A DNA stretch of 64,000 nt from Candidatus Latescibacterota bacterium (GCA_965237675.1 OZ250150.1:1152001-1216000); one strand, 5' to 3'. Positions 39,583 through 50,449 are shown, counted from the first letter of the stretch. Notes: a model not told the origin generated them from the letters alone. Made by a program: numbers and translations.

Positions 39583-40566
39583 CTATTCATCGAAAGACCT
39601 GAAATGAACGGCCCGTTCCGTGGTAATGGATTCTTCAATGGCTTCGAAGTAGGCGGCGACGTTGAAGGCGTCCAGACCATTTACCGAGGGGGTGGCCCCA
39701 GTCTCGATGCAGCGCGCGAATTCGGCGAGTTCTTCGTACTGTTCGTCAATTCGGTCGAAGGATTCCCTCCGATGGACACCGGGACCGATCAGGGTGACGG
39801 CGTTTTCGTCGTGGCTGTCCCACGTGATTCTGGCCTCGCTGCCTGCAAAGGTGATTTCGTAGCCCAGTTGGGAGACGTACGACGCGCCGATGTAGGAGAG
39901 GCGCCCATCGGCGTAGCGGCCGATAACGGCGCCCAGGTCCGGTGATTCTCCAGCCCCGTCTCTCTTGGACATGAAGGCGGCGATCTTTTCAGGGGCGCCC
40001 ATGATGTGCAGGACAAGGTCGATAAAGACAACGGCCATCTGCGCGAAGGGCAGAAGGGGCGCGTTCCTGATGTGGTACCGCCAATTGTCCGGCGTGAGAT
40101 GATAAGCCGAGGCGCCTCCGACGGATGCTTCGACGGAGTGCAGGGTGCCGACATCGCCGGCGTCCAGACGCTTCTTGAGGTGGGCGATAGCCGGGTTTTT
40201 GCGGAGGTTATGACCGGCCATGCAGGTGAGCCCTTTTTCGCTGGCGAGCCGCATCATTTCGGCGGCTTGCGTGCGGCTGGTCGTGACGGGCACGTTGACG
40301 AAGATGTGTTTACCATGAGCCGCGCAGATCTTGAAGTCATCGTAGTGGCGCGTGTTGGGCGTGGTGATGACGACGCCTTCGACATCGGGGTCGCCCGCCA
40401 GATCTTCAATGCTGGACGCCCGTCTGGCGCCGGAGATACGGGCAACCTCCTCAGCGCGTTCGGTGACGATGTCGAATACGGATACCAGAACCAGGTCCGG
40501 ATTCTTGTCGACGGCCCGCCGGTGGTTTCTGGAGTAGTTTCCCAGACCGATGAATCCGAGGTTCAT
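39583..40566 (-). CDS. Gfo/Idh/MocA-family oxidoreductase
   Basis: GFIGLG, ITTPNTRH, GKHIF; the usual EKP is replaced by NVP. Confidence 0.85.
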   Translation of the reverse strand: MNLGFIGLGNYSRNHRRAVDKNPDLVLVSVFDIVTERAEEVARISGARRASSIEDLAGDPDVEGVVITTPNTRHYDDFKICAAHGKHIFVNVPVTTSRTQAAEMMRLASEKGLTCMAGHNLRKNPAIAHLKKRLDAGDVGTLHSVEASVGGASAYHLTPDNWRYHIRNAPLLPFAQMAVVFIDLVLHIMGAPEKIAAFMSKRDGAGESPDLGAVIGRYADGRLSYIGASYVSQLGYEITFAGSEARITWDSHDENAVTLIGPGVHRRESFDRIDEQYEELAEFARCIETGATPSVNGLDAFNVAAYFEAIEESITTERAVHFRSFDE

Positions 40567-40591
40567 GGCTGGACCTGCCGACAGGACATCT

Positions 40592-42274
40592 TCAACCCGT
40601 CCGTTCGATTATGACCGTGACGTGAAGTTGTGAGGCGTCGTGAGCCACGGGTACGGTCATGTTCGCGGTTAGCCCGTACCCCGCGTGCATATAGCGCGCC
40701 ATGTCCAGGTCCCAGGGACCGCTGTTGCCGGCGAGGGAAACGCGGTAACCGATGCCCTTCCAGCGCAGGACCAGGGTGCTGTCGTGTATACTGTATCTCA
40801 GTTCCTCCTTGCCGTCCCAGAGGAGGATGGGAATTGAGAAAACGGCCTGGTCGTCGTCCTTGAGGTCTGTGACACGGTACGTCAGCCGAATGCGTTCTTT
40901 CTTCAGATCGAGTTTAAGATTCAGCGCAAGTGGACCGGTCAGACTGTATTCATCGGTGGCAATCGCCTCCGCGTCGCCTTCCATGATGCGGTAGGCCCCG
41001 CCGGCGTCTTTGACGAGAATGCCGAAGTAGGGTTCCAGCAACGGATCGGCGTTGCCCGGATCGATGATCTGGCCATGGAAGGCATGTTTGACGCCGTCCC
41101 GTTTGGCGTCCGCAATGGGTTCGATCATCGGGTTATTGTCGAATTTGAGCGCAATCGGCTGGAGCGGCAGGTGATAGCCCCAGTCGTGATTGCGAAGGGC
41201 GAAAGCCAGCCGGGACTTCTCACCGTGCAGGATCGCGTACCCTGCTTCCGGATCGACCACGTCCCGAACGGGAGTGGCGGCGACCGTGTCGAACCCCGGC
41301 CACTTCTGGTCGACCAGGAGCGCCAGCAGCGCCCAGGCCACCAGGCCCGCTCCCAGGTCGGTGTTCAGACGATTATAGGTCCATTCCAGGCCCGCGAGGG
41401 CGTATGGCGACAGGTGGTTGGGCGAATGGGAGAAGACGTCATTTCCCGGATTGAAGGACTGGCAGAAGGCGAGCAGCGCACGGATTCTGTCGCTGGCCGC
41501 TTTACCTTCGCCCATGTACGAGAGAAGCGCGACCATGGGATACACGTACATCTGGTAGATACTCCGGCTGGCCAGGAATGGGAGATGGAATTGACCGTTG
41601 GCCCGTTTGAACCACGTACATAGGGTCTCGAGGAGCCGTTCCACCTGGCGCCGGTCGTCCTCGGACGCTGCGTAGACATCCGATTTGCTCTTGAGAAGGG
41701 CAGCGGCCAGGAAGGTGCCTGTGAGGTAGACGTGAGCAACGGAGTGCCCGTTCACATCGTCGTCACGGAGGAAACCCCCGGATGTGACGCGCCTGTTGAA
41801 CGCGGCGATGAATGCTTCGGATCGCTTCCGGGCTTTTTCCTCCCGCCCGCTGTCCAGTAGAAGGTCACACAGCAGAGAGGCGGCGGAGACATGACAGTCG
41901 GACAATCCGGCGTCTTCAGTATAGGAAGCGGCAAAGGCGGCTTCCCAGCCTTCCAGGATATCCCTGTCCAGGACGTCGGATAGAATGGGAAAAACCATCG
42001 CGCCGTATCCCATCACGTACTCTCGGAAACCGGGCGCGTTTCTTGCGCCTTCCATAATCTCGGCGGTGCGTTTCATCCATCGGTCGGTCCACTCGAGATA
42101 AACGTCGTCACCAGTGAGCCGGTAGAGCGATGCGCCAACGACTGCCCAGCACGCCGGCGCGAAGTTCTCCGGCCGATTGTTTTCATAGGCGTCGTTCAAG
42201 ACGCCGTTCTCGTCCGTCCACCGTACACCGAGGTCAAAGCCTTTCTTGAGGCAGGCGGTGATGTCATTCAACAT
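40592..42274 (-). CDS. Hypothetical protein, probably an alpha/alpha-toroid plus beta C-terminal region (lyase/hydrolase-like)
   Basis: Long ORF with RBS AGGAGG before MLNDIT; LYRLTGDDVYLEW helix-barrel-like motif. Confidence 0.6.
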   Translation of the reverse strand: MLNDITACLKKGFDLGVRWTDENGVLNDAYENNRPENFAPACWAVVGASLYRLTGDDVYLEWTDRWMKRTAEIMEGARNAPGFREYVMGYGAMVFPILSDVLDRDILEGWEAAFAASYTEDAGLSDCHVSAASLLCDLLLDSGREEKARKRSEAFIAAFNRRVTSGGFLRDDDVNGHSVAHVYLTGTFLAAALLKSKSDVYAASEDDRRQVERLLETLCTWFKRANGQFHLPFLASRSIYQMYVYPMVALLSYMGEGKAASDRIRALLAFCQSFNPGNDVFSHSPNHLSPYALAGLEWTYNRLNTDLGAGLVAWALLALLVDQKWPGFDTVAATPVRDVVDPEAGYAILHGEKSRLAFALRNHDWGYHLPLQPIALKFDNNPMIEPIADAKRDGVKHAFHGQIIDPGNADPLLEPYFGILVKDAGGAYRIMEGDAEAIATDEYSLTGPLALNLKLDLKKERIRLTYRVTDLKDDDQAVFSIPILLWDGKEELRYSIHDSTLVLRWKGIGYRVSLAGNSGPWDLDMARYMHAGYGLTANMTVPVAHDASQLHVTVIIERTG

Positions 42275-42437
42275 TGATGGCTTCCTCCTGTCGTCGTGGT
42301 GTAGATGGTTTGCCGAAGCTTCGACCCATCCGTCGTACGACCTGTCGCATATTCTGTCTCCATATTCCCGTTCGATCCCCGATTGTGGGCTGCCGGAAAG
42401 ACGGCGACGCGCGTGCTTTTCCATCCACAATCGAGTC

Positions 42438-43382
42438 TCACCCCGCCAGACCGCTGTACCCCCGGTCGAGGTCGGGCAGGTCCGTGGATTTGCCGAGCGC
42501 CTCGGCCATGGCGCGGACATGGTACGGTAGGGCGCCGCAGCAGGATCCGATAAGCCCGATGCCCATGCGTCTGGCTTCGGCGGTATATTCGGCCATGGAA
42601 AATCGCGTGACAACGCGGGGCTCAACCTGCGTCCAGAGGTTGGCGACACTCAGGGGACGGTTGAAATTCTCGCCCGGTTCGAGTTCGTAACCCGTGGGCT
42701 GGGCGCAAAGAGGCACGGAGACGGCTTCCCTGACTTCGTACATCAGCGGACGCATCGTGGACCAGGGGCGCATGCAGTTGATGCCCACGACATCGGCGCC
42801 GGCGTCGACAATGCGTTTGGCAGCTTCGCCAGGACGGTAGCCTTCCCGTGTATATTCCCCGTCGCGATAGGTCAGGGTGACAACGGCGGGGATACCCGCC
42901 TGTTTGACAAAGGGAATAGCCAGGCTGACTTCATCCACGGAGTAAAAGGTTTCGACGATGAAGAGATCCACGCCCGCCGAGGTCTGTTGAGTGACACGGC
43001 GCTCGAAAAATTCACGGGCATTGGTCTTGTCTTCTTCAGTCATCGGATCCCATTTCGAGCGGCCTGAGTAGATGAAAGGGCTGAGGGTGCCGGCCACAAA
43101 ACGGTTCGGGCCGGCGGCCTCCCGCGCGAGTTCCACGGCCCTCGTGTGGAGTTCCTCTTCCCGTTCCATGGGGCGTACGCCCCAGACCATGGCCTGGAGG
43201 ACCTCGGCGCCCGCCCGCGCGAATTCTTTATGGAGTTCAAGTACGCCATCGGGGTAGTCGAGCACGCCCATGGGGATTTTTGAAGCATAGCTGCCAAGGC
43301 AACGGCGTTCGAATTCGAGATAGTAACCGCCATCGCACAGCAGGTGGTCTTCGGTGATCCGATCTAGAAAGTCAGACGGCAT
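42438..43382 (-). CDS. Homocysteine S-methyltransferase family protein (BHMT-like)
   Basis: LCDGG, HKEFARAGA, IVETF, VGINC, GSCCG zinc ligands. Confidence 0.88.
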   Translation of the reverse strand: MPSDFLDRITEDHLLCDGGYYLEFERRCLGSYASKIPMGVLDYPDGVLELHKEFARAGAEVLQAMVWGVRPMEREEELHTRAVELAREAAGPNRFVAGTLSPFIYSGRSKWDPMTEEDKTNAREFFERRVTQQTSAGVDLFIVETFYSVDEVSLAIPFVKQAGIPAVVTLTYRDGEYTREGYRPGEAAKRIVDAGADVVGINCMRPWSTMRPLMYEVREAVSVPLCAQPTGYELEPGENFNRPLSVANLWTQVEPRVVTRFSMAEYTAEARRMGIGLIGSCCGALPYHVRAMAEALGKSTDLPDLDRGYSGLAG

Positions 43383-43444
43383 GCGTGTCTCCTCAATTGG
43401 AGTTTTTGTGTGATTCCGACCGGCACAATATAACCGCCTGAATC

Positions 43445-45793
43445 CTATAGCTCTACCCTTTTGAATGCGTCTTCTGAACGTTCGGAGTAGGCGTTGCCGG
43501 TCCGTTCGAGGCGAATTTCAGTTTCGCCGTAAGCCAGGGAGGTGCCGGAGGCGAGACAGAGGGACTGGAGGGCCTCGTTTTTCAGCGTGACAACGGCCGC
43601 GCGTCCCTTCAGCGCGAGTCGGTCCACGCGCACCTCATCTTGCGCAAGGGTATACAAGAGGAGGAAGCGTTCGTCCTCCGTGGATATCCGGAGCGAGAGG
43701 GTATCGTCGGACAGGGTGTGGCATTGAACATCTATTGTGGGCAGGCGGTGTTTAAACGGCACGTGTACGGCGGCGAATATTGCGTCCGGACCGGGTCGGG
43801 AGACCTGGAGGTGGCCGCGGTACGGGAGGACGGCCCCCGGTTTCAGGGTGCCGCCCTCGGCATGCAGGTCCTCGATCACGTCCTCTTCAGGAGGACACTG
43901 GGAAACCGTAACCGTGGTGTCGCCGATACTTGGTATGATCGTCTGCAAACCGCCGCGAGCCATCGTCCAGGTGGCGGTAATATCACCAGACCCTCGCCCC
44001 GACCGGCCGGACCGCAGGGGTTCGGGGACGTCTGTGGGAACAAAGGCATCAACGCCGTCGACTTCGAGGTCTCCGGATCGCGCGTGCAACATCCATGTGT
44101 AGGACCCCAGATCTCCGGAAACGCGGAAGATGTCGGCGATTAGCGGTTCACCGGAATGGCGTGGCAGCAGCACAATAAGGCGCGCATTGGCCGGCGGCAG
44201 CCCCGCTTCCGCCAGCTTTGGACCGGGGGTGGTGCACCACAGCAGCGGTTTGCCGCCTTCTCCCTGTTCCGCGCATTCCAGGACGGTATTGTGGGAAAGG
44301 GGACCACGTTCCCACAGACGCGCCCATTCGGGATTCCAGTTGTATCCCATTTCGGTGACGAGTTCCTGGCCGCAGGACCACAGTCCGAAATTGAGGTAGT
44401 CTTTCTGTTTATGGGCGGCCGGGATATAGGGACCGTAGTCGATGAAGGCCATGGTCCGCGACGGCTTGTCTTTCCCGTGACGCAGAATCATCAGGCCGAT
44501 ATCGGACAGGTGGTCGCTCGCCACGGCGTAGGGTTCGCCGTCGCTTTCGGCGGCTGCATCCGGGTCTCTATAGAAGAGCGAGTATTCAGTGCCGCCGCTC
44601 AGGTCCGGACCCCAGACGGTCTTCAGGTGTCGAAGTGCTTTCCGGTTGTTGTAGGCGATATAGGCGACTTCTGAGCAGAAGGGTCGCAGCGGACTTCCGA
44701 CGTGCGAGTCGTTGATCGCCGGGTTGGTGTCGTTCGGGAAGGCGGCATCCAGAAACCAGGTATAACATTTCTCCAGAAGGGCGCATCGGGGGTTGGCGTA
44801 CACGTCGGTGTCCAGGTTGCCGCGGATGATTTCCGGTATACCCGTAATATTCTGAAGCAAACCCAGAGTGTAGTCGGCCGTACATTCGTAAAACGCGCCG
44901 TCCTGGAAGAAAACACCGGCCTCCGGCTTCAGCATGTCTTCGTATAGCGTGACTACGGATCGCAGGATTTCCCTGTCACCGGTTAGCGCGGCCGAGGCCG
45001 CGATGCACCACCATGCGCCTCCGTGATCCTGGATGGAGTAGTGGGAGAGATAGGGCGAAAGGGCATCGGAATATGAGTACCCTTTCAGGGTCGAGGTTCC
45101 CGGGTTGTTGAAGGATTCGACAAAATAGTCACGCACATATTCAACAAAGGCATCCATGGACCTGCGCTGTTCGTCATCAAGAACGACCGAGTCCCGTATG
45201 AGGTCATAGGCAATCAGCACTTTGCGCGCGCACCCGGCATCCCGCTGTTTCCAGCCGTCGATCTTCCCATAAAGGGGATCGTTCTGATCGTGCCAGACGT
45301 TTTTGTTCACCTGGTTGAGGCGATAGTTCTCGAAAACTTCCGCGAAGCGTTCGACAAGGATGGCGGCTATCTCGGCGTACCGCACGTCGCCTTCGATTCC
45401 GTAGACAAGACCGGCGCTTTCCAGGCCTCCCAGGATGTATTGCAGGCGATACGTGCGGACGACCGCCTGAATATTCCATGTTTCGGAGGTGTCTTCCGGA
45501 TCCCAGTCCCACGTCGCTTTGCAGTCTGTGCATAGAAGGGTGTCGCCGTGGTTGATCAGGCTGTAGGCGTACCAGGGGCCGCAGCCGCAGTTGGGGCAGA
45601 CAACGGTAACAAGTGGGGTCTTGTCGCTGATATAGGAACGCATGCGGTCCCGGTCCATCGCCAGGTAATATTCAGGATGGGACCTGATTTGCCCATAGAG
45701 TTTCTTCGCCCAGGCGTGGCGTTTAATATTCTCCCTGGCGCGGGCAAGGTCGTCGGGCTTGTACATCGTGCATGGATACCGAATGGCTGGCAT
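43445..45793 (-). CDS. Heparinase II/III-like polysaccharide lyase
   Basis: DGAFYE...Y, PAINDS, YGP..AHKQKD.L, SHNTV. Confidence 0.75.
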   Translation of the reverse strand: MPAIRYPCTMYKPDDLARARENIKRHAWAKKLYGQIRSHPEYYLAMDRDRMRSYISDKTPLVTVVCPNCGCGPWYAYSLINHGDTLLCTDCKATWDWDPEDTSETWNIQAVVRTYRLQYILGGLESAGLVYGIEGDVRYAEIAAILVERFAEVFENYRLNQVNKNVWHDQNDPLYGKIDGWKQRDAGCARKVLIAYDLIRDSVVLDDEQRRSMDAFVEYVRDYFVESFNNPGTSTLKGYSYSDALSPYLSHYSIQDHGGAWWCIAASAALTGDREILRSVVTLYEDMLKPEAGVFFQDGAFYECTADYTLGLLQNITGIPEIIRGNLDTDVYANPRCALLEKCYTWFLDAAFPNDTNPAINDSHVGSPLRPFCSEVAYIAYNNRKALRHLKTVWGPDLSGGTEYSLFYRDPDAAAESDGEPYAVASDHLSDIGLMILRHGKDKPSRTMAFIDYGPYIPAAHKQKDYLNFGLWSCGQELVTEMGYNWNPEWARLWERGPLSHNTVLECAEQGEGGKPLLWCTTPGPKLAEAGLPPANARLIVLLPRHSGEPLIADIFRVSGDLGSYTWMLHARSGDLEVDGVDAFVPTDVPEPLRSGRSGRGSGDITATWTMARGGLQTIIPSIGDTTVTVSQCPPEEDVIEDLHAEGGTLKPGAVLPYRGHLQVSRPGPDAIFAAVHVPFKHRLPTIDVQCHTLSDDTLSLRISTEDERFLLLYTLAQDEVRVDRLALKGRAAVVTLKNEALQSLCLASGTSLAYGETEIRLERTGNAYSERSEDAFKRVEL

Positions 45794-45843
45794 ATCAACC
45801 TTCCGTGGCGAATAAGTGTTCGTTTCGGGCAGCGGGCCACCGA

Positions 45844-47121
45844 TTAATCCAGGGAACGGAGCCTGAAGTTGCCCCACCAGGTTCGGAGGGGGTCCGGCGG
45901 ATTATCGAGGGTTCGGCCTTCGGCCTTCTGGATTGAAGTGAGGCGTGCCGTCCCGAGCAACCCGGGATGCAAAGAGATGGTGTCGATGCCCCGCGTCAAC
46001 CGGTTCTTCCTGCCCCATAGGCCGTGGATTTCGATTTCCGTCTCGCCCTGGTATTTCTGAGGGATGTCGTCGATCCAGATTCGTTGCTTATTGGTTTGCG
46101 CGTCCCACGCAATTTTGAACCGGTACGCCCGGTCGTTTTCTGGAACAACGGAATTGTCAAACGTGTTGAAACCGGGCGTCGGATGACCGGTGGCAATGGT
46201 CATTCGGTTTGTCAGGATACCCGTCTGGATCTTGCGAAAACACTTTATGGATCCGTCGTATTCACCCAGCAGGATGCAGGCTTCTGCGGAGACATCCGGG
46301 GACCTGACGTCGAATTCAAGCGTCCCCCTCGGGATGACGGGAAAGGTCGTCGTGACGAAACCGTACCGGGTGGCGAGTTCAAGCCATCGATTCTCAACGG
46401 GTCTGAGTCTGCTTTCGCAGACGTTGTCGTCCGGTTCGCCGTCCCGGGGAGGGGGGATGGGTTTCCAGTAGAGCGGGTAGGTTTCGTGATCGATCTGTTC
46501 GCCTCCGGCGAACTGTTTGACATGTTTCACGCGAATAAACCGGCCGATATCGATGCCGCCCGTCTGGAGTTCCAGTTTTGAAATCTCACGTACGGAATTC
46601 TGGAAAGGTACGGCGACGGGTTGTTCGCCGTCCAGAAGAAATGTGGCCGTCTGGTTTGCAAAATCGAATCCTTCGAATTTGTAGACGTGTTCATCGGATT
46701 CCACGACGTACCATTTGCGCCTGGAATGATCGCTGAAGGGGCAGTTGCCCTGGAATGTGAGAACCGCGCCGGAATCCACCAGTTCGTTCCTCCCCTGGAA
46801 TAGCAGGCGGCCGTCTCTCCGGATGTGACATGCAATGGCAAGACGGTCCGCGCTGTCGTAAAGGCGAATGGTGTATAGGGTGTGGTATTCCGGCTCGTCG
46901 AGAACGACCCGCATGGCCAGTTCAAGGGAACCCGCCCGGTTGGTGATCTTCTCGTTGAGGTAGCGGTAACATCGGACCGGCGCGTTGGAACCGTCCATTT
47001 TCAGGTAGCCGTCTTCGCCGAAAACGTAGTCCTGGTTCCCGTGGATATCGTGCCAGTTGAATGTCTGATGGATGTCGACCATAACGATGTCTCCCGAACT
47101 CCTGGTAGTGAACACTGGCAA
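45844..47121 (-). CDS. Hypothetical beta-rich protein
   Basis: 425-aa ORF in the same minus-strand gene run; no family recognised; start uncertain. Confidence 0.55.
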   Translation of the reverse strand: MPVFTTRSSGDIVMVDIHQTFNWHDIHGNQDYVFGEDGYLKMDGSNAPVRCYRYLNEKITNRAGSLELAMRVVLDEPEYHTLYTIRLYDSADRLAIACHIRRDGRLLFQGRNELVDSGAVLTFQGNCPFSDHSRRKWYVVESDEHVYKFEGFDFANQTATFLLDGEQPVAVPFQNSVREISKLELQTGGIDIGRFIRVKHVKQFAGGEQIDHETYPLYWKPIPPPRDGEPDDNVCESRLRPVENRWLELATRYGFVTTTFPVIPRGTLEFDVRSPDVSAEACILLGEYDGSIKCFRKIQTGILTNRMTIATGHPTPGFNTFDNSVVPENDRAYRFKIAWDAQTNKQRIWIDDIPQKYQGETEIEIHGLWGRKNRLTRGIDTISLHPGLLGTARLTSIQKAEGRTLDNPPDPLRTWWGNFRLRSLD

Positions 47122-47384
47122 AGACAGCCGATGCCTGGAACCGCGTTCCGGCCGACGTTTGAGCGGCGCCCGGTTCGGCGCTCGTACCGCTTCGACTTGC
47201 AGTACGCCGTTTGCTCCGACCGACCGTACCGCTGACTGTCAGTGTAGGCTAATCACAGATTATCAGCCCGTTGGGGGCAAGCGCCTTCACCTGTTAATCA
47301 CAGCCCATTACCATCTCTCCATGGGGTTCATCAGGATTTAATCACAGTCCATCATCGTCCATCACAGCCCATCACAGTCGATGT

Positions 47385-49352
47385 TTAGTATCCGTGGATC
47401 GAGTGGCCGGCGCCGGGGAACCAGATGATGTCAACGACGAGCGAAAGCCCCACACCCGTCGTATAGCCCGCCAGTACGCCCAGAAAAAACGGGATGTAAC
47501 GTCGGTACAGGGCCGCGCCGCCGATGCGCAGGATGATGAATTTGATGCACCACGCGATGAACACTGAAAAGGTGGAAAAGTGGACATACGAAATGCCGGC
47601 AATGGCGAAACCCACCGGGTGTAGGGGCCACCACGGAAAGCGGTATTTCATGAAGGTAAGGACAGACATCAGGGCTGCACCGATGCCCAGCAGAATTGGG
47701 CGGATGCTGGTTTCAACGGCGGGATCCTTCATTTTTGAAAGCGCATTCGCGAAACCGCTTCGGCTGTACCGTGTGAACGGGAAGTCGTTGAAGTTATAGG
47801 CGCCGTGGGTGTATCCCAGGTAAAGGGTATAGGCGATGGATGCGACCACGCCTGCGGCAAACGCCAGGAAGATCGCCGTCAAGACGCGGGGCCGGTCTTC
47901 GCGCGGACACAGATCCGCGATTTTGGCGGCATGAACCACGGAGGGCATGAACAGGCCCTTGCCAAACGAGGTGAGGGCATTTGAAAAAGCCAGTACGGTG
48001 AGGCTCGGCCCGGAGAGATTTCGGGGGCCGATCAGTCGGGTGACGATTTCCTGCTGGCCTACCGGCGTGCAGACAAAGACCAGGCCGACCTCGGCCACGA
48101 TGCGGGAGACGCCAAGAAAGATGAGCAGGGTTGCCATAACGGAAAGACAGGCAACCCCGAACCCCATGCCGGCACGCCAGAACCAGAAGACGGCAAAGAG
48201 AGTGCTCAGGATGAAACCGAGCACGGCGGTGCGGTATCGCATCATTTCGTCGGCGTCGTCAAGGGGCGCACTGCGGCCAAGGGCGATTCTTATGACCGAT
48301 CTCAGGTGGTGTCGCGCGACCCACAATCCCCAAATGACGAGCGCGAAGAATCCGCCGAGCTGCAACCACGCAAACTCGCCCGATGTCGTATAGATGCTGC
48401 TCGCGTTGTAGCCGTATCGGTTGAGGACGCCGCTGCGCAGGATAAAGAGGACGCAGAAGAACCAGAGGCTGAAGAGAACGTCGATGTTGGCGAAATAAGC
48501 AAAGGAGATGGTGAACATGTTGATGCGGGTCCAGATGCCGGGGAAGTAACGCTCGAAAAGCACCCATGGTCCCCAGCGAATATTGGGAACCTGAGGAAAT
48601 CCGGGTACAAAGTAGTGGATCATGTTCCAGCTGATAATCCCCAGGGCAATGGCGAAACCGATCCAGAAACGCCTGGAAAAACCGGGCCCTTCGCGGTCTG
48701 TGAGATCCAGAACCGGCTTCAGGATCGGGTAACCGAGCCGTTCACTCTCCACCCATTGTTTTCGGAGTATGACCGACAGGCTTGTGGAGGCTACAAAGAG
48801 TGCCGTGATCAACGCCATCCAGGCTGCCATGGGGATGTACCAGACCTCCCAGGGAATGTCCATGCCGGGTGGGCCACCTTCAAACAGGTGGTCCAGCGCA
48901 TGGTTGACATTGCGAGGCGCCAGCCAGCGGGGAATATAGGGATGGAAGAACTCACCCCATTGGTTCTCCGGTGTGGCGAAATAGTACGGCGCGGCGATAG
49001 CGCCCAGAAAATAGCCCGTCAGACCCACCGAAGGGATGGCGCCGCCAACCAGGCCGCCAGCCAGGATAACCTTGAGTTCGGTGGGCGAGAGGGCGTATCT
49101 CGCGGCCAGTTTTCTACACAGTGGATTGAGGAGCAGGGCAAGGGTGAGGTAGACCATCAGCGAACCCATGGGAAAATGGCTGAGGGTCATGCGGGAGGCA
49201 TGGATAACGTATTCGACGTAGTTGACCCAGAGGCAGGCCGCGACGGAGACGAGAATGGCCAGAAAGATTGATCGGAGAGTGACGCCACGGCCCGCCGGGA
49301 TTGGCACGGACGAAGCCTGGGATGCGACGGGAGGATTGGACGTTGCGGGCAT
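47385..49352 (-). CDS. DUF6785-type multi-pass membrane protein (OPT-like)
   Basis: ATPENQW, LRKQWVESERLGYP, WWPLHPVG, PFFLG; many TM segments. Confidence 0.78.
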   Translation of the reverse strand: MPATSNPPVASQASSVPIPAGRGVTLRSIFLAILVSVAACLWVNYVEYVIHASRMTLSHFPMGSLMVYLTLALLLNPLCRKLAARYALSPTELKVILAGGLVGGAIPSVGLTGYFLGAIAAPYYFATPENQWGEFFHPYIPRWLAPRNVNHALDHLFEGGPPGMDIPWEVWYIPMAAWMALITALFVASTSLSVILRKQWVESERLGYPILKPVLDLTDREGPGFSRRFWIGFAIALGIISWNMIHYFVPGFPQVPNIRWGPWVLFERYFPGIWTRINMFTISFAYFANIDVLFSLWFFCVLFILRSGVLNRYGYNASSIYTTSGEFAWLQLGGFFALVIWGLWVARHHLRSVIRIALGRSAPLDDADEMMRYRTAVLGFILSTLFAVFWFWRAGMGFGVACLSVMATLLIFLGVSRIVAEVGLVFVCTPVGQQEIVTRLIGPRNLSGPSLTVLAFSNALTSFGKGLFMPSVVHAAKIADLCPREDRPRVLTAIFLAFAAGVVASIAYTLYLGYTHGAYNFNDFPFTRYSRSGFANALSKMKDPAVETSIRPILLGIGAALMSVLTFMKYRFPWWPLHPVGFAIAGISYVHFSTFSVFIAWCIKFIILRIGGAALYRRYIPFFLGVLAGYTTGVGLSLVVDIIWFPGAGHSIHGY

Positions 49353-49369
49353 TGAAATGAACGGTAGTT

Positions 49370-50449
49370 TTATGCGGCGGGTGAATTGTAGAAGCGCGCG
49401 GGATCTTCCAGATCCCAGTCGCATTCGGACTTCAGGCGGGCGATGAGTTCAAGCCGGCCGTCCTCGTTCAGAAAGGGATTGCTCATGGCCGCACCCATGA
49501 GGGCTATGGAGGCGGGCCGTCTGCGGCTCTGTCGGGTATGGGGGACATCGGATTCGTGCCCCTGCCATTCTCTACCACCAAAGATGCGATAGTCAAAAAG
49601 GTATCCGGTCTTGCCCCGATCCGCCGACAGCCTGCACCATCGAAAGGTGCGTGCGACGCGTTCCTCGACGGAAAGGCCCGCGGGTGTGCCGTCCGGGAAC
49701 AGGAGGACACGACCCAGTTTGGCAAAGTGTTCGAGTCTGGAATCCGCGTCAAGCCAGTCGACGATGCTTGCTTCGTCGTCCGCGCCCCAGGCAAAGATGT
49801 GGCGGATGGATTCGGGCAGACACCGGAGATCCCTCGACATCTGCAGTTTACCGGGTCTATCGGGCGGCATACTCAGGTGCAGAAGGATTTCGGCGTCTGG
49901 CTTGAGGACGTGGATGCGTTCAACGAGAAAACCGATCACCAGAGCGTCCCACTGAAACGGACGAAGGGCCAGACACCGTTCGCAAACGCAGTTTCGGCCG
50001 ATTTCCCGCGCGGGCTCGATGTCGATGCCGCCCACGCCCGGCGCAAGGCGTTCGGCCAAAATGTCACCCATCCAGGCGCGAGATTCGGCGTCGTGGGGAC
50101 AGAGGGCGCTATCCGGACCCCTGGCGCCGCGCTTGAGCAGGTGCGGCGGCGCATCCGGTTCGGCCATGGTGTACTCGGAACCGCCTCCGCTGAACCCGTA
50201 AATGGCGCGTATGAGCTTGAGATCGACCGCACGGGCGTGTTTCACCGCCTCATGCCAGGCGTCGGAAAAGCCCCTGGCGTTGGTCCAGAACACCACGAGG
50301 CGATTGAGGCCGGACTCGGCAAGGTGGTCTATATAGGCGCGATTGACGGATATGTCCCGCGGATGATTTGAATATCCCTTGCGACAAAAGAGGTTCCACC
50401 CGCATTCAAGGGTACCGCGCAGGGCAAAGCCGCGTTCTGTTTGATACAT
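49370..50449 (-). CDS. Hypothetical protein (possible TIM-barrel, CxCxxC motif)
   Basis: 359-aa ORF; ALCPH and NCVCERC motifs. Confidence 0.6.
   Translation of the reverse strand: MYQTERGFALRGTLECGWNLFCRKGYSNHPRDISVNRAYIDHLAESGLNRLVVFWTNARGFSDAWHEAVKHARAVDLKLIRAIYGFSGGGSEYTMAEPDAPPHLLKRGARGPDSALCPHDAESRAWMGDILAERLAPGVGGIDIEPAREIGRNCVCERCLALRPFQWDALVIGFLVERIHVLKPDAEILLHLSMPPDRPGKLQMSRDLRCLPESIRHIFAWGADDEASIVDWLDADSRLEHFAKLGRVLLFPDGTPAGLSVEERVARTFRWCRLSADRGKTGYLFDYRIFGGREWQGHESDVPHTRQSRRRPASIALMGAAMSNPFLNEDGRLELIARLKSECDWDLEDPARFYNSPAA

Noticed and set aside
42275-42649. N-terminal extension of the 685-aa ORF
   Set aside because: It overlaps the methyltransferase gene; a strong RBS precedes ATG 42274.
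47250-47377. Mini-CRISPR from periodic TAATCACAG
   Set aside because: The shared core is only 9 bp, far shorter than a CRISPR repeat.
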